Shown: positions 39,747-49,703 of the stretch, piece after piece
Position numbering within the stretch: the first letter of the stretch is position 1
How the letters are laid out: every line of letters starts with the position of its first letter
Assembly (NCBI GenBank): GCA_948437895.1
Contig: CAOJKK010000003.1
Span: forward strand, 2,945 to 66,944
Length of the DNA stretch: 64,000 bases
Source of the DNA: an uncultured Clostridium sp.
GTDB lineage: Bacteria; Bacillota; Clostridia; TANB77; CAG-508
Reading direction: 5' to 3'
Translations under genes and position numbers: made by a program
Notes under the pieces: model-generated
Told to the model about the DNA's origin: nothing
The model's database searches: none
What the model saw: only the letters and a program-made list of their open reading frames with translations

Positions 39747-40643
39747 ATGGGATTAGAAGTAAAAGACGTAAAGAAAAATTATGGTACAAAACTTGCAGTA
39801 GATAATCTTTCATTTAGTATTGATAAGCCAGGTGCATTTGGGCTTCTTGGCACAAATGGAGCAGGGAAAACAACAACAATAAGAATGATACTTGGAATCA
39901 TTAAAAAAGATGATGGAATAATCAATTGGAATGGAAAAGAAGTTGCAAGGAAACATGTTAATTTTGGATACTTACCAGAAGAAAGAGGAATATATCCTAA
40001 AACAAAGATATATGACCAATTAATTTATTTTGCAAAACTAAAAGGAATGAAAAAAGAAGAAGCGGATAAATCTATCAAATATTGGTTAAAAAGATTGGAA
40101 CTAGAAGAATATACATATATGCTAGCAGAGAAGCTATCTAAGGGAAATCAACAAAAGGTTCAGTTTATAACAGCGGTTATGCATGATCCTGAACTAATTG
40201 TTCTAGACGAGCCATTTAGTGGACTAGATCCAATTAATACAGAATTACTAAAAGATGTAATGATAGAGCTTATAAACAAAGGGAAATATATTATAATGTC
40301 TAGTCATCAAATGAGTTCAATAGAAGAATTTTGTACAGATCTAGTAATATTAGATAAAGGCAAAACTGTGTTAAAAGGAAATCTTAATGAAATTAAAAAC
40401 AGTTATAAATCTAATAAAATAGAAGTACAATCTTTAGAAAATATTGATAAAATAATTGAAAGCTTAGGATTAAAGGTAATATTTTCTAAAGACAATGACT
40501 ATGAAATAGCAATTAAAGATGAAGAAGAAGGATACAAATTATACAATTTACTTGCTGAAAAGAATATAAAAATAAGCAAATTTGAACTTAAAAAGCCAAG
40601 TTTGCATGACATATTTATAGAGAAAGTAGGTGCAAGTAAATGA
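39747..40643 (+). CDS. ABC transporter ATP-binding protein (NatA-like)
   Basis: Walker A GTNGAGKTTT, signature LSKGNQQK, Walker B LIVLDEP. Confidence 0.85.
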   Translation: MGLEVKDVKKNYGTKLAVDNLSFSIDKPGAFGLLGTNGAGKTTTIRMILGIIKKDDGIINWNGKEVARKHVNFGYLPEERGIYPKTKIYDQLIYFAKLKGMKKEEADKSIKYWLKRLELEEYTYMLAEKLSKGNQQKVQFITAVMHDPELIVLDEPFSGLDPINTELLKDVMIELINKGKYIIMSSHQMSSIEEFCTDLVILDKGKTVLKGNLNEIKNSYKSNKIEVQSLENIDKIIESLGLKVIFSKDNDYEIAIKDEEEGYKLYNLLAEKNIKISKFELKKPSLHDIFIEKVGASK

Positions 40644-41872
40644 GAGATTTAATAACAGTAGCAGAATTCACAATAAAAGATATGATTAAAAGAAAATCTT
40701 TTATAATATCTATGATAATAATATTAGTTTTAATAGTAATAGGTTTTAACATACCAAATATTATGAGTAAAATAAAAGGAGATAGTGATTGGAGCAATAA
40801 AATATTATTAGTAGATAATGAGAATATATTTGAAGGAAATCTAGAAGCCTTAAATAGTGAAGAAAGTTCATATAACTTTATAATTCAAAATGAGGATATA
40901 AGTGAAGAACAAATAAAGAATAAAATAAATAATGGAGAAGTAGATGCTTGCCTATTATTCACAAAAAACGAAAATAAAATAGTTGTTAGCTATTATGTAG
41001 AAAGTGTAGTTTCTTTTGGAGAGATACCAGAAGAAGTTCTAAATGCTTTCTCTAGTATTTATAAAAATATACAAATATCAAAATTAGGTTTAACTACAGA
41101 ACAATTAGAATCATTAAATGCACAATTTAATGTAGACGTAATAGAAACAGATGAAAATGCAGCAAGCGGTAATCAGTTTATAATAATGATGTTATCAATA
41201 GTGTTATTCTATGCAATATATTTTTGTGCATATCAAGTTTCTAGTTCAATAACAACAGAAAAGACATCAAAGATAATGGAAACATTAATAACATCTACAT
41301 CACCAAGAACAATAGTACTTGGAAAAACAATAGGTATTGGTATTGTAGGATTATTACAGATAGTAGCTATAATATTGGTAGCAGTAATATCTGCAAACAC
41401 TTTCTTACCAGAAGGAATGCTAGATGGGGTATTAGATATGACAAATATAACACCAGTCTTAGCAATTATCACTATAATATATTTCATATTTGGATATTTC
41501 TTCTATGCTTTAATGTATGCGCTAACAGGATCTACTGTAAGTAAGCCAGAAGACATAAATTCTGCAAATAGTCCAATAGCAATTATGGCGGTAGCAGGGT
41601 TCTATCTAGCATATTTCTCAATGATGAATCCAAGTAGTAATATAAATGTAGTCGCATCAATACTTCCAATATCATCACCATTTAGTATGCCATTTAGAGT
41701 AATGATGGGAACAGCAACAACGGGAGAAATTATAACATCAATACTTGTTTTAATAGTTAGTATAGCATTAGTAGCAAAGATATCAATAAAAATATATTCT
41801 TCAGCAATATTAAACTATGGTACAAAACTAAGTTTAAAAGATATGATGAAAATATATAAAAATAAAAACTAA
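40640..41872 (+). CDS. ABC-2 type permease (NatB-like)
   Basis: N-terminal TM helix, a large extracytoplasmic loop and five C-terminal TM helices. Translationally coupled to the ATPase. Confidence 0.7.
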   Translation: MRDLITVAEFTIKDMIKRKSFIISMIIILVLIVIGFNIPNIMSKIKGDSDWSNKILLVDNENIFEGNLEALNSEESSYNFIIQNEDISEEQIKNKINNGEVDACLLFTKNENKIVVSYYVESVVSFGEIPEEVLNAFSSIYKNIQISKLGLTTEQLESLNAQFNVDVIETDENAASGNQFIIMMLSIVLFYAIYFCAYQVSSSITTEKTSKIMETLITSTSPRTIVLGKTIGIGIVGLLQIVAIILVAVISANTFLPEGMLDGVLDMTNITPVLAIITIIYFIFGYFFYALMYALTGSTVSKPEDINSANSPIAIMAVAGFYLAYFSMMNPSSNINVVASILPISSPFSMPFRVMMGTATTGEIITSILVLIVSIALVAKISIKIYSSAILNYGTKLSLKDMMKIYKNKN

Positions 41873-41878
41873 TTAAAA

Positions 41879-41912
41879 AGGATTTTGGGGTATTATCCTC
41901 AAAATCCTTTTG
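41879..41912 (+). terminator. rho-independent terminator
   Basis: aggattttgggg tatta cctcaaaatcct tttt. Confidence 0.7.
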
Positions 41913-41989
41913 TTATAATGATTGACACTTACTATCAAAGAATATATAATGTATAGGAAATATGAAATTGAAAGAAAGAGGTATATAAA

Positions 41990-42448
41990 ATGGAGAAAAA
42001 ACGTGGATTTGAAATAGCAAAAGGATTTGAAGATGCGAATATAAACTTACCAATAAGATCAACAAAAAATTCAGCAGGATATGATATAGAAGCTGCAGAA
42101 GACTGTGTTATACCAGCATTTAAACTAGGACAAAAACCAACATTAGTAAAAACAGGTTTAAAAGCATATATGCAATCTGATGAAGTATTAATACTTGCAA
42201 ATAGAAGTTCTAATCCTGGTAAAAAAGGATTAATATTAGCAAATAGCATAGGAGTAGTAGATAGTGATTACTATGAAAATCCTGATAATGATGGACATAT
42301 AATGTTTGCATTTTTTAATTTTAAAGATGAAGATGTAGAGATAAAAAAAGGAGATAGAATTGGACAAGGAATGTTCCAAAAATATTTAGTAACAGATAAT
42401 GATGTAGCAGAAGGAGAAAGAACAGGTGGATTTGGTTCAACAAATTAA
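41990..42448 (+). CDS. dut: dUTP diphosphatase
   Basis: RSTKNSAGYDI..., LANSIGVVDSDY, and GERTGGFGST at the C-terminus. Confidence 0.8.
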   Translation: MEKKRGFEIAKGFEDANINLPIRSTKNSAGYDIEAAEDCVIPAFKLGQKPTLVKTGLKAYMQSDEVLILANRSSNPGKKGLILANSIGVVDSDYYENPDNDGHIMFAFFNFKDEDVEIKKGDRIGQGMFQKYLVTDNDVAEGERTGGFGSTN

Positions 42449-42555
42449 CATTAGGGACGGAGCAAAATAACAAAAAAATTTCATTAGGGACAGAGCAAAA
42501 TAAGAGCTCTGTCCCTTTTGGCAAATTATTCACATTTTGCTCTGTCCCTAATAAA
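42448..42555. repeat. cluster of TTAGGGAC[G/A]GAGCAAAAT elements (two direct copies, one inverted, plus an internal hairpin)
   Basis: cattagggacggagcaaaata (42448), cattagggacagagcaaaata (42482), hairpin gggacagagc...gctctgtccc tttt, and the inverted copy cacattttgctctgtccctaa (42531-42551). Confidence 0.8.
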
Positions 42556-42585
42556 AAAATTATGTAAAATATACCAAAAATTCCT

Positions 42586-42614
42586 TTGACTTCCACCCAA
42601 AAATGTGGTATAAT
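42586..42614 (+). promoter_or_regulatory. sigma-A promoter with extended -10 upstream of the CarD-family gene
   Basis: TTGACT (42586-42591), 17 nt of spacer, then TGgTATAAT (42606-42614). Confidence 0.55.
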
Positions 42615-42660
42615 AAAAAAGGTCGAGAGAGTAAAAAAGATCAAAGAAGGAGTGACTTAT

Positions 42661-43212
42661 ATGTTTAATATTGGTGATAAAGTTGTATACCCAATGCATG
42701 GTGCAGGAACAATAGAGGGTATTGAGGAAAAAGATATTTTAGGAGAAAAACAAGCTTACTACATAATAAAAATGCCAGGTGAGGTAAAAGTTATGGTACC
42801 TACATCAAAGGCAGAAGGAATTGGAGTAAGAGATATTATAGATAAAGAAGCAGCAGGTAAAGTATTTAAAGTTTTAGAAACAGATTCTACAGAAATGGAT
42901 GTAAACTGGAACAAAAGATATAGAGACAATATGGATAAAATGAAAAGTGGAGATGTTTACGAAGTAGCAGATGTTGTAAGAAACTTAAGCTTTAAACAAA
43001 AAGAAAAAGGCCTTTCAACAGGTGAAAAGAAAATGCTATTAAATGCAAAACAAATATTAGTTAGTGAATTAACACTTGCTGAAAACTCTAACAAAGATGA
43101 AGTAGAAGAATTAGTTAATAATACTATAAACAATTCATTTACAGAGTATAGTAAAAATATTGCAAACAGCACACCAGATAACATAGTTAAAAAGTTTATT
43201 CCTTTTAATTAA
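42661..43212 (+). CDS. CarD/CdnL-family RNA-polymerase-binding regulator
   Basis: GAAGGAG RBS, then ATG 42661. MFNIGDKVVYPMHGAGTIEGIEEKDILGEKQAYYIIKMP. Confidence 0.8.
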   Translation: MFNIGDKVVYPMHGAGTIEGIEEKDILGEKQAYYIIKMPGEVKVMVPTSKAEGIGVRDIIDKEAAGKVFKVLETDSTEMDVNWNKRYRDNMDKMKSGDVYEVADVVRNLSFKQKEKGLSTGEKKMLLNAKQILVSELTLAENSNKDEVEELVNNTINNSFTEYSKNIANSTPDNIVKKFIPFN

Positions 43213-43230
43213 TAGACGCAATTTAATTTA

Positions 43231-43261
43231 AAAAGATCCTAATTGGTTAAGGATCTTTTTT
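43231..43261 (+). terminator. rho-independent terminator
   Basis: aagatcct aattggtta aggatctt ttttt. Confidence 0.7.
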
Positions 43262-43335
43262 GATTTGAGGAAATAGGAAGGATTTCAAATTTGGTTGTCG
43301 AATAATATTATTATGTAAAAGAAAGGCGTAAGAAA

Positions 43336-45117
43336 ATGGTGCGATATAGTGAAGAATTAATTGATGATATAAAAAATAGTAACGATATAGTAGATATAAT
43401 ATCACAATATGTAATATTAAAAAGAAGTGGTAGAAACTTTTTTGGATTGTGTCCTTTCCATAAAGAAAAAACACCTTCTTTTTCTGTGTCACCTGATAAG
43501 CAAATTTTTCATTGCTTTGGATGTGGTGCAGGAGGAAATGTTATTCACTTTACTAGCAAAATAGAAAATGTAGATTTTAAAGAAAGCCTAGAAATTTTAG
43601 CAGAAAGAGCAGGAATTGAACTTCCAACATTAGAAGGGGGAGCAGACAGTAAGAAACAGTTCTTAAAAGAAAAGGTATATGAGATAAATAAAGAGGCAGC
43701 AATGTATTATCATGATATGCTATATAAAGACATTTCAAAACCTGCGCAAGAGTATGTAAAAAAGAGAAAACTGGACAATAAAACTTTAAAAGATTACACA
43801 ATTGGTTATGCGCCTGCAAATAGCAATCTATATAAATTTCTAAAGCAAAAAGGTTTTACTGATGAAGAAATTTTAGCATCTGACTTAGTAAATAAATATA
43901 ATAATAATTTTGTAGACAGATTTAGAAACAGACTAATATTTCCAATACAGGATGTAAGAAATAGGTATATTGCATTTGGAGGAAGAGTTCTTGATAATTC
44001 ACTTCCAAAATATATAAATTCACCAGAAAACATAGTATATAGTAAAGCAAGAAATCTATATGGATTAAATGTAGCAAAAAAGGCAAAACTAGAAAAGCTA
44101 ATTATAGTTGAAGGCTATATGGATGTGGTATCACTTCATCAAAGAGGAATAGAAAATGTTGTTGCATCATGTGGTACTGCACTTACAGAGGCACAAGGAA
44201 GATTACTTAGAAAATATGCGGAAAAGATAATAATCTCTTACGATTCAGATGGAGCAGGACAAGCTGCAACGCTTAGAGGATTGGAGATACTAACAAATCT
44301 TGGATGTGATATAAGAATTCTTCAGATGGAAGGTGCTAAAGATCCAGATGAGTATGTTATAAAATACGGAAACGGAAGATTTAATAACTTAGTAGATAAA
44401 GCAATTTCATTAGTAGAGTTCAAAGTAAAAGTGCTAAAAAAAGATTTAGATTTAGATAATGTTAATGATAAAATTAAATTCTTAAATGAAATAGCGAAAC
44501 TATTAAGTACCGTTGACAATAAGATGGAACAGGAAGTATATATAGACACTATTTCTAGGGAATATAGTATTTCTAAAGAAGCCATATATGCAGAAATTAA
44601 TAAATTAAATTATTCTAGAAACCAAGGAAAAAAGACTTTAGAAAGTAACTATAAAAGAAGTGTTATCAAGAAAAAAGAAACATTGCCAGAAACATTAGTA
44701 AAAAGAGAAAACATGATAATTGGGATTCTGCTAAATGGAAAAGAAGAAGTATATAATCAAATCAAAAATATATTATTGCCAGAAGATTTCAAAAAAGAAG
44801 AAAACAAGAAAATAATGAAAACTTTGTATGAAGAATTTGAAAAAGGAAATAGTAATATAAATAATATATTGGAGATTTTTAATGATAATGAAGAAATAAT
44901 TAGTATACTTACAGGACTAATGGCAGATGATTATGAAATAAGAGATGATAAAAAAGCAATAGAAGACTTAATAAATAATTACAAAAAAGAAAAGTTAAAC
45001 AATAGGAAAAGAGAGATAATAGAGGCTCTAAATGGTGAAAATATGGATAAACAAGAAGCAAGAGACTTGGAGAAAGAGTTACAAGATATAATTATAGATT
45101 TGGCTCAGATGAAATAG
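43336..45117 (+). CDS. dnaG: DNA primase
   Basis: Zinc finger [29 protein letters not shown] and TOPRIM motif EGYMDV...DSDGAGQ. Confidence 0.9.
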   Translation: MVRYSEELIDDIKNSNDIVDIISQYVILKRSGRNFFGLCPFHKEKTPSFSVSPDKQIFHCFGCGAGGNVIHFTSKIENVDFKESLEILAERAGIELPTLEGGADSKKQFLKEKVYEINKEAAMYYHDMLYKDISKPAQEYVKKRKLDNKTLKDYTIGYAPANSNLYKFLKQKGFTDEEILASDLVNKYNNNFVDRFRNRLIFPIQDVRNRYIAFGGRVLDNSLPKYINSPENIVYSKARNLYGLNVAKKAKLEKLIIVEGYMDVVSLHQRGIENVVASCGTALTEAQGRLLRKYAEKIIISYDSDGAGQAATLRGLEILTNLGCDIRILQMEGAKDPDEYVIKYGNGRFNNLVDKAISLVEFKVKVLKKDLDLDNVNDKIKFLNEIAKLLSTVDNKMEQEVYIDTISREYSISKEAIYAEINKLNYSRNQGKKTLESNYKRSVIKKKETLPETLVKRENMIIGILLNGKEEVYNQIKNILLPEDFKKEENKKIMKTLYEEFEKGNSNINNILEIFNDNEEIISILTGLMADDYEIRDDKKAIEDLINNYKKEKLNNRKREIIEALNGENMDKQEARDLEKELQDIIIDLAQMK

Positions 45118-45127
45118 GAGGTTAATA

Positions 45128-46321
45128 ATGGGTAGATCAAAAAAGGATAATGAAGAAATAATAGAGGAATTAAAAAATAGTAATAAAAAAGCAAAAACAG
45201 AACAACCAAAAGCTAAAGGAGATAAAGATACAGACAAGATATCTGAAGATACCAATAGAAAAGTTCAAGACATACTAAAAAAAGCAAAAGAAAAAGGACA
45301 AATAACATATGGAGAACTTGCTACACAATTAGGAGATATAAATACAGAACAAATCGATAAGGTATTTGATGCTTTTGAAGAGTTTGGAGTAGATGTTTTA
45401 AAGGATGATTTAGAAGAACCAGATATTGAGGACTTAGAAGAAGTAGAAGACATTAAATTAGAAGATATAAATACTATGAGTTTTGATGGTATTAACATTG
45501 ATGACCCAGTTAGAATGTATCTAAGAGAGATAGGAAAAATACCATTATTAACATTTGAGGAAGAATTAGATCTTGCAAAGCAAGTTTTAGAAGGAAGCGA
45601 AGAAGCAAAACAGAAACTTGCAGAATCTAACTTAAGATTAGTAGTTAGTATAGCTAAAAAATATGTAGGGAGAGGAATGCTTTTCTTAGATTTAATTCAA
45701 GAAGGAAATATGGGACTTATAAAAGCAGTAGAAAAATTTGATTACGAAAAAGGATTTAAGTTTAGTACTTACGCAACATGGTGGATTAGACAAGCAATTA
45801 CAAGAGCTATTGCTGATCAAGCTAGAACTATAAGAATACCAGTTCATATGGTAGAAACAATAAATAAATTAATAAGAACATCAAGACATTTACTTCAACA
45901 ATTAGGTAGAGAGCCAAGTCCAGAAGAAATTGCAAATGAAATGGAAATATCAGTAGAAAAGGTAATGGAAATTCAAAAAATTGCTCAAGATCCAGTTTCA
46001 TTAGAGACACCTATTGGAGAAGAAGATGATAGCCATTTAGGAGACTTTATACAAGATGAAGATAGTCCAGCACCACAAGATTCTGCAGCATATACATTAT
46101 TAAAAGAACAATTAGAAGAAGTAATGAACACATTAACACCAAGAGAAGCCAAAGTTCTAAAATTAAGATTTGGTCTTGAAGATGGAAGAGCAAGAACTCT
46201 TGAAGAAGTTGGTCGTGAATTCATGGTAACACGTGAAAGAATAAGACAAATAGAAGCAAAAGCATTAAGAAAATTAAGACATCCAAGTAGAAGTAAGAAA
46301 CTTAAAGATTACATGAATTAA
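45128..46321 (+). CDS. sigA: RNA polymerase primary sigma factor
   Basis: [11 protein letters not shown], region 2 [30 protein letters not shown], region 4 [30 protein letters not shown]. Confidence 0.95.
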   Translation: MGRSKKDNEEIIEELKNSNKKAKTEQPKAKGDKDTDKISEDTNRKVQDILKKAKEKGQITYGELATQLGDINTEQIDKVFDAFEEFGVDVLKDDLEEPDIEDLEEVEDIKLEDINTMSFDGINIDDPVRMYLREIGKIPLLTFEEELDLAKQVLEGSEEAKQKLAESNLRLVVSIAKKYVGRGMLFLDLIQEGNMGLIKAVEKFDYEKGFKFSTYATWWIRQAITRAIADQARTIRIPVHMVETINKLIRTSRHLLQQLGREPSPEEIANEMEISVEKVMEIQKIAQDPVSLETPIGEEDDSHLGDFIQDEDSPAPQDSAAYTLLKEQLEEVMNTLTPREAKVLKLRFGLEDGRARTLEEVGREFMVTRERIRQIEAKALRKLRHPSRSKKLKDYMN

Positions 46322-46399
46322 TATATATTTGACAATTACATATATTTATGGTAAACTATTAATAGATTTATGTAATTTTATATAAAAGAGGTCGTATAT

Positions 46400-46693
46400 A
46401 TGGGAAATACAAAAACAAGAGATGGAATATTTGTACAATTAATAGAATTTATTAGAAGCTTTTCAAATCCAGAGGTAGCTAATAATGCTAATGTTTCTGT
46501 AGGTGATCTTAGTAAAGATGAGAAAATAGAATTGGCGAAAGTTTTAAAGGCTAGTGGAAATATAAAAAATATAGAAGCTGCAATGGGAATGGGAAAATAT
46601 AAAGTAGAGGTAGATACTAATAAGGCTAAGAAAGATGCTGCAATTAAAAATGGACAAAAAGTTGTAGAGGATAAAACAAGAGATAATAATTAA
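46400..46693 (+). CDS. hypothetical protein (97 aa)
   Basis: ORF with a gaggtcgtatat RBS context. I recognise no family. Confidence 0.4.
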   Translation: MGNTKTRDGIFVQLIEFIRSFSNPEVANNANVSVGDLSKDEKIELAKVLKASGNIKNIEAAMGMGKYKVEVDTNKAKKDAAIKNGQKVVEDKTRDNN

Positions 46694-46737
46694 GTTATAA
46701 ATAAAAACAGGAAATTTTAAAAATTTTCTGTTTTTTA

Positions 46738-46766
46738 TTGACAAAATTGGTTAAACTTATTATAAT
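46738..46766 (+). promoter_or_regulatory. consensus sigma-A promoter of the tRNA gene
   Basis: TTGACA (46738-46743), 17 nt of spacer, then TATAAT (46761-46766). Confidence 0.55.
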
Positions 46767-46782
46767 AATACAAGTTCCATAT

Positions 46783-46859
46783 GGCGAAGTAGCTCAGTTG
46801 GCTAGAGCAACCGGTTCATACCCGGTAGGTCATGTGTTCGAATCACATCTTCGCTACCA
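46783..46859 (+). tRNA. tRNA with CAU anticodon (elongator tRNA-Met type; a lysidine Ile2 type cannot be excluded)
   Basis: Hand-folded cloverleaf: acceptor GGCGAAG/CTTCGCT (G1-U72 wobble), D arm GCTC-AGTTGGCTA-GAGC, anticodon arm ACCGG-TTCATAC-CCGGT, T arm ATGTG-TTCGAAT-CACAT, and an encoded CCA. Confidence 0.88.
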
Positions 46860-46862
46860 AAT

Positions 46863-46893
46863 AAAACCATGTTTAATGTGGTTTTATTTTTTT
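46863..46893 (+). terminator. terminator after the tRNA
   Basis: aaaacca tgtttaatg tggtttt attttttt. Confidence 0.7.
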
Positions 46894-46951
46894 GCAAAAA
46901 AATTCTAACCTCAGAGTTACTAAGGTTAGATAGATTTGTAACCTATATAGG

Positions 46952-47134
46952 TTACGGAGGATTTGCACTATACTGGAATTTAAGAATTTCATTCTTGTGA
47001 AGTTTAAGGATTTCATCCCGATGTTCATTATAAATTATTTTCCAATACTTTTTGCACCTGCAATCTCTTATTTTGCCTTTCTTAGAACAAAACTGACATG
47101 TTAATCTCCGTTTTGCCTCATTTGAAATAGCCAT
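46952..47134 (-). CDS. small Cys-rich ORF (60 aa) carrying two in-phase CGG codons
   Basis: Strong GGAGG RBS 8 nt before ATG 47134. MAISNEAKRRLTCQFCSKKGKIRDCRCKKYWKIIYNEHRDEILKLHKNEILKFQYSANPP. The CGG codons are at 47110-47108 and 47020-47018. Coding status is uncertain. Confidence 0.4.
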   Translation of the reverse strand: MAISNEAKRRLTCQFCSKKGKIRDCRCKKYWKIIYNEHRDEILKLHKNEILKFQYSANPP

Positions 47135-47233
47135 ATTACATACCTCCAATAAATTAGTATACATAAATTATAACATATAAATTAAAAAAATGCAAAAAAA
47201 TCAAGAGTATATAACTCTTGATTTAATAATTAA

Positions 47234-47407
47234 CTATTTTTTATCTTTAAGTCCTGGGATAATTATTTTTTTCTTTTTATCATTTTCGTCTTTAGGTTTT
47301 GGTTTTGCAACATTTAAATGTTCAAAAACAGGAGAAAACTCTAAGTTTGTTCCATCACCTGTAACAACTTCAATTTCTTTTTTCTCATTTTCGATATCTT
47401 CTGCCAT
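47234..47407 (-). CDS. small charged protein (57 aa), absent from the ORF track
   Basis: GAGAGGTGA RBS, then ATG 47407. MAEDIENEKKEIEVVTGDGTNLEFSPVFEHLNVAKPKPKDENDKKKKIIIPGLKDKK, stop TAG at 47236-47234. Confidence 0.45.
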   Translation of the reverse strand: MAEDIENEKKEIEVVTGDGTNLEFSPVFEHLNVAKPKPKDENDKKKKIIIPGLKDKK

Positions 47408-47562
47408 ATGATATCACCTCTCAAACTTAATATAAATAAATAATACCATAAAAAAATAAGAATGTCAAAACATTGACATTTTAGCCTATAAATGCAATAA
47501 TATATATTGTTAAATTAGAAGAAATAGTTAAAATATATATTTATAGACAAGGGGAAATAAAA

Positions 47563-48243
47563 TTGGAAATAGATAAAACAAAATCAATAATTGAAGCAAT
47601 ATTATTTTCAGCAGGAAGAGTTGTTGAATCAAAAGAATTAATGGCAATACTTGAGCTAAGTAATGAAGATGTAGATACAATATTGCAAAATATGAAATCT
47701 GAGTTTGACGAACAAAATAGAGGAATTGAAATAATTAAAGTAGATAACGGGTATCAATTATGTTCTAGAAAAGAATATTATGATTATATATACCCAATAT
47801 TTGATAATAGGGCTAAACCTAATCTATCTGCAGCGGCTCTAGAGACTTTATCTATAATTGCATACAATCCTAAGATAACAAGAGCAGAGATAGAACAAAT
47901 CAGAGGGGTAAATTCAGATGGAACAATATATAAGCTATTAGAATATAACCTAATAGAAGAAGTAGGAAGATTAGATGCCCCTGGAAGACCAACAATTTAT
48001 TCTACAACTAAGGAATTCTTAAAAATGTTTGGAATTTCTAATTTAGATGAATTACCAGAACTTCCAAAATACAAAATAGATGAAAATGAGCAAATAGTAA
48101 TAGATGAGATAATAGAAGAACCTAAAGAAAAAGAAGAAGAATTAAATGAGGCTCCAGACCCCGAAAGGGAAGATCAAGAAAAAACTGATAATGAAAATGT
48201 AAGTGAAGAAAAAGAAATTTTGGAGGAGAACAATAATGAGTAA
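47563..48243 (+). CDS. scpB: segregation and condensation protein B
   Basis: TTG start. IIEAILFSAGRVV...LSAAALETLSIIAYNPKITRAEIEQIRGVNSDG...GRLDAPGRPTIYSTTKEFL. Confidence 0.85.
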   Translation: MEIDKTKSIIEAILFSAGRVVESKELMAILELSNEDVDTILQNMKSEFDEQNRGIEIIKVDNGYQLCSRKEYYDYIYPIFDNRAKPNLSAAALETLSIIAYNPKITRAEIEQIRGVNSDGTIYKLLEYNLIEEVGRLDAPGRPTIYSTTKEFLKMFGISNLDELPELPKYKIDENEQIVIDEIIEEPKEKEEELNEAPDPEREDQEKTDNENVSEEKEILEENNNE

Positions 48244-49681
48244 AAAAAATAATAATGATTTTGTTAAGGAAATTACAAATATAGAAGATGACTTTGCTAA
48301 ATGGTATACAGATATTGTATTAAAAGCAGATTTAGCAGATTACACAGATACAAAAGGATGTATTGCAATAAAACCATATGGATATGCTATATGGGAAAAT
48401 ATACAAAAATATGCAGACAACAAATTTAAAAAAGTTGGAGTAAAGAACATTTACCTTCCAGTATTAATTCCAGAAAGTTTATTAAATAAAGAAAAAGATC
48501 ATGTAGAAGGATTTGCACCTGAAGTAGCATGGGTAACAATGGGTGGAAAAGAAGAATTAGAAGAAAAACTTTGTATAAGACCTACATCTGAAACAATGTT
48601 TTCAGTACTTTATTCAAAATGGGTAAAGTCATGGAGAGATTTACCAATGATATATAATCAATGGTGTAATGTTTTAAGATGGGAAAAAGAAACAAGACCA
48701 TTCTTACGTTCAAGAGAGTTTTTATGGCAAGAAGGTCATACAGTACATGAAACAGCAGAAGAAGCAGAAAAATTAACAATGAAAATGTTAGACACATATG
48801 CAGAAGTTATTGAAGAACTTTTAGCAATACCAGTTATAAAAGGAAGAAAAACAGAAAAAGAAAAGTTTGCGGGAGCAGTAGATACATATACTGTTGAAAC
48901 ATTAATGCATGATGGTAGAGCACTTCAATCAGGTACTAGTCATTACTTTGGTCAAAACTTTACAAAACCATTTGATGTTAAATTCCAAAACAGAGAAGGA
49001 AAAGAAGAGTATGCATACCAAACTTCTTGGGGAATAAGTACAAGATTAATTGGTGGTGTTATAATGGCACATGGAGATAATAGAGGATTGAAATTACCAC
49101 CAAGAGTTGCACCTATTCAAGCAGTTATAGTTCCAATAGCAATGCATAAAGAAGGAGTAAAAGAAAAAGCAGAAGAATTATATGGAAAACTAAATGAAAA
49201 CTTTAGAATGGAAGTAGATGTAAGGGAAAACTATACACCAGGATATAAATTCAATGATTGGGAAATGAGAGGAGTTCCTGTTAGAATAGAAATAGGACCA
49301 AGAGACATTGAAAATGGTGAATGTGTTTTTGTAAGACGTGATAATCAAGAAAAAATGACAGTTAAACTAGATAAAATTGAAGAAACATTAAAAGAAGTAT
49401 TAGAGAAGATCCAAGAAAATATGTTTAATGAATGTAAAGAGAGAATGATTGCAAGAACAACAGTTGCAAAAGATATGGATGAATTTGTTAAAAATATAAA
49501 TGAAAATCAAGGATATGTAAAAGCAATGTGGTGTGGTAACCAAGAGTGTGAAGACAAAATAAAAGAATTAACAGGAGCACATTCAAGATGTATACCATTT
49601 GAAAAAGAACATATATCTGATAAATGCGTATGCTGTGGAAAAGAAGCAAAAGAGTTTGTTATTTGGGGAAGACAATACTAA
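48236..49681 (+). CDS. proS: proline--tRNA ligase, archaeal/eukaryote-like type
   Basis: GGAGGAG RBS, then ATG 48236 (overlaps the scpB stop). No insertion editing domain, class II motifs, and a Cys-rich C-terminal domain ending in Tyr. Confidence 0.9.
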   Translation: MSKKNNNDFVKEITNIEDDFAKWYTDIVLKADLADYTDTKGCIAIKPYGYAIWENIQKYADNKFKKVGVKNIYLPVLIPESLLNKEKDHVEGFAPEVAWVTMGGKEELEEKLCIRPTSETMFSVLYSKWVKSWRDLPMIYNQWCNVLRWEKETRPFLRSREFLWQEGHTVHETAEEAEKLTMKMLDTYAEVIEELLAIPVIKGRKTEKEKFAGAVDTYTVETLMHDGRALQSGTSHYFGQNFTKPFDVKFQNREGKEEYAYQTSWGISTRLIGGVIMAHGDNRGLKLPPRVAPIQAVIVPIAMHKEGVKEKAEELYGKLNENFRMEVDVRENYTPGYKFNDWEMRGVPVRIEIGPRDIENGECVFVRRDNQEKMTVKLDKIEETLKEVLEKIQENMFNECKERMIARTTVAKDMDEFVKNINENQGYVKAMWCGNQECEDKIKELTGAHSRCIPFEKEHISDKCVCCGKEAKEFVIWGRQY

Positions 49682-49703
49682 ACAAGAGATAAGAGGTGAT
49701 ATA

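Noticed and set aside
47190-47411. A plus-strand 73-aa ORF
   Set aside because: It has no RBS and a repetitive hydrophobic translation. The minus strand has a better-supported small gene with an RBS.
46783-47411. A tRNA-Met-adjacent region as a prophage or integrative-element remnant
   Set aside because: I found no integrase, no direct repeat of the tRNA 3' end and only two tiny ORFs, so the evidence is insufficient. Only the unusual CGG content is reported.
48203-48235. The upstream in-frame extension of proS (MKKKKFWRRTIM...)
   Set aside because: It lies inside the scpB coding region without an RBS. GGAGGAG precedes ATG 48236, and the ProRS homology starts there.
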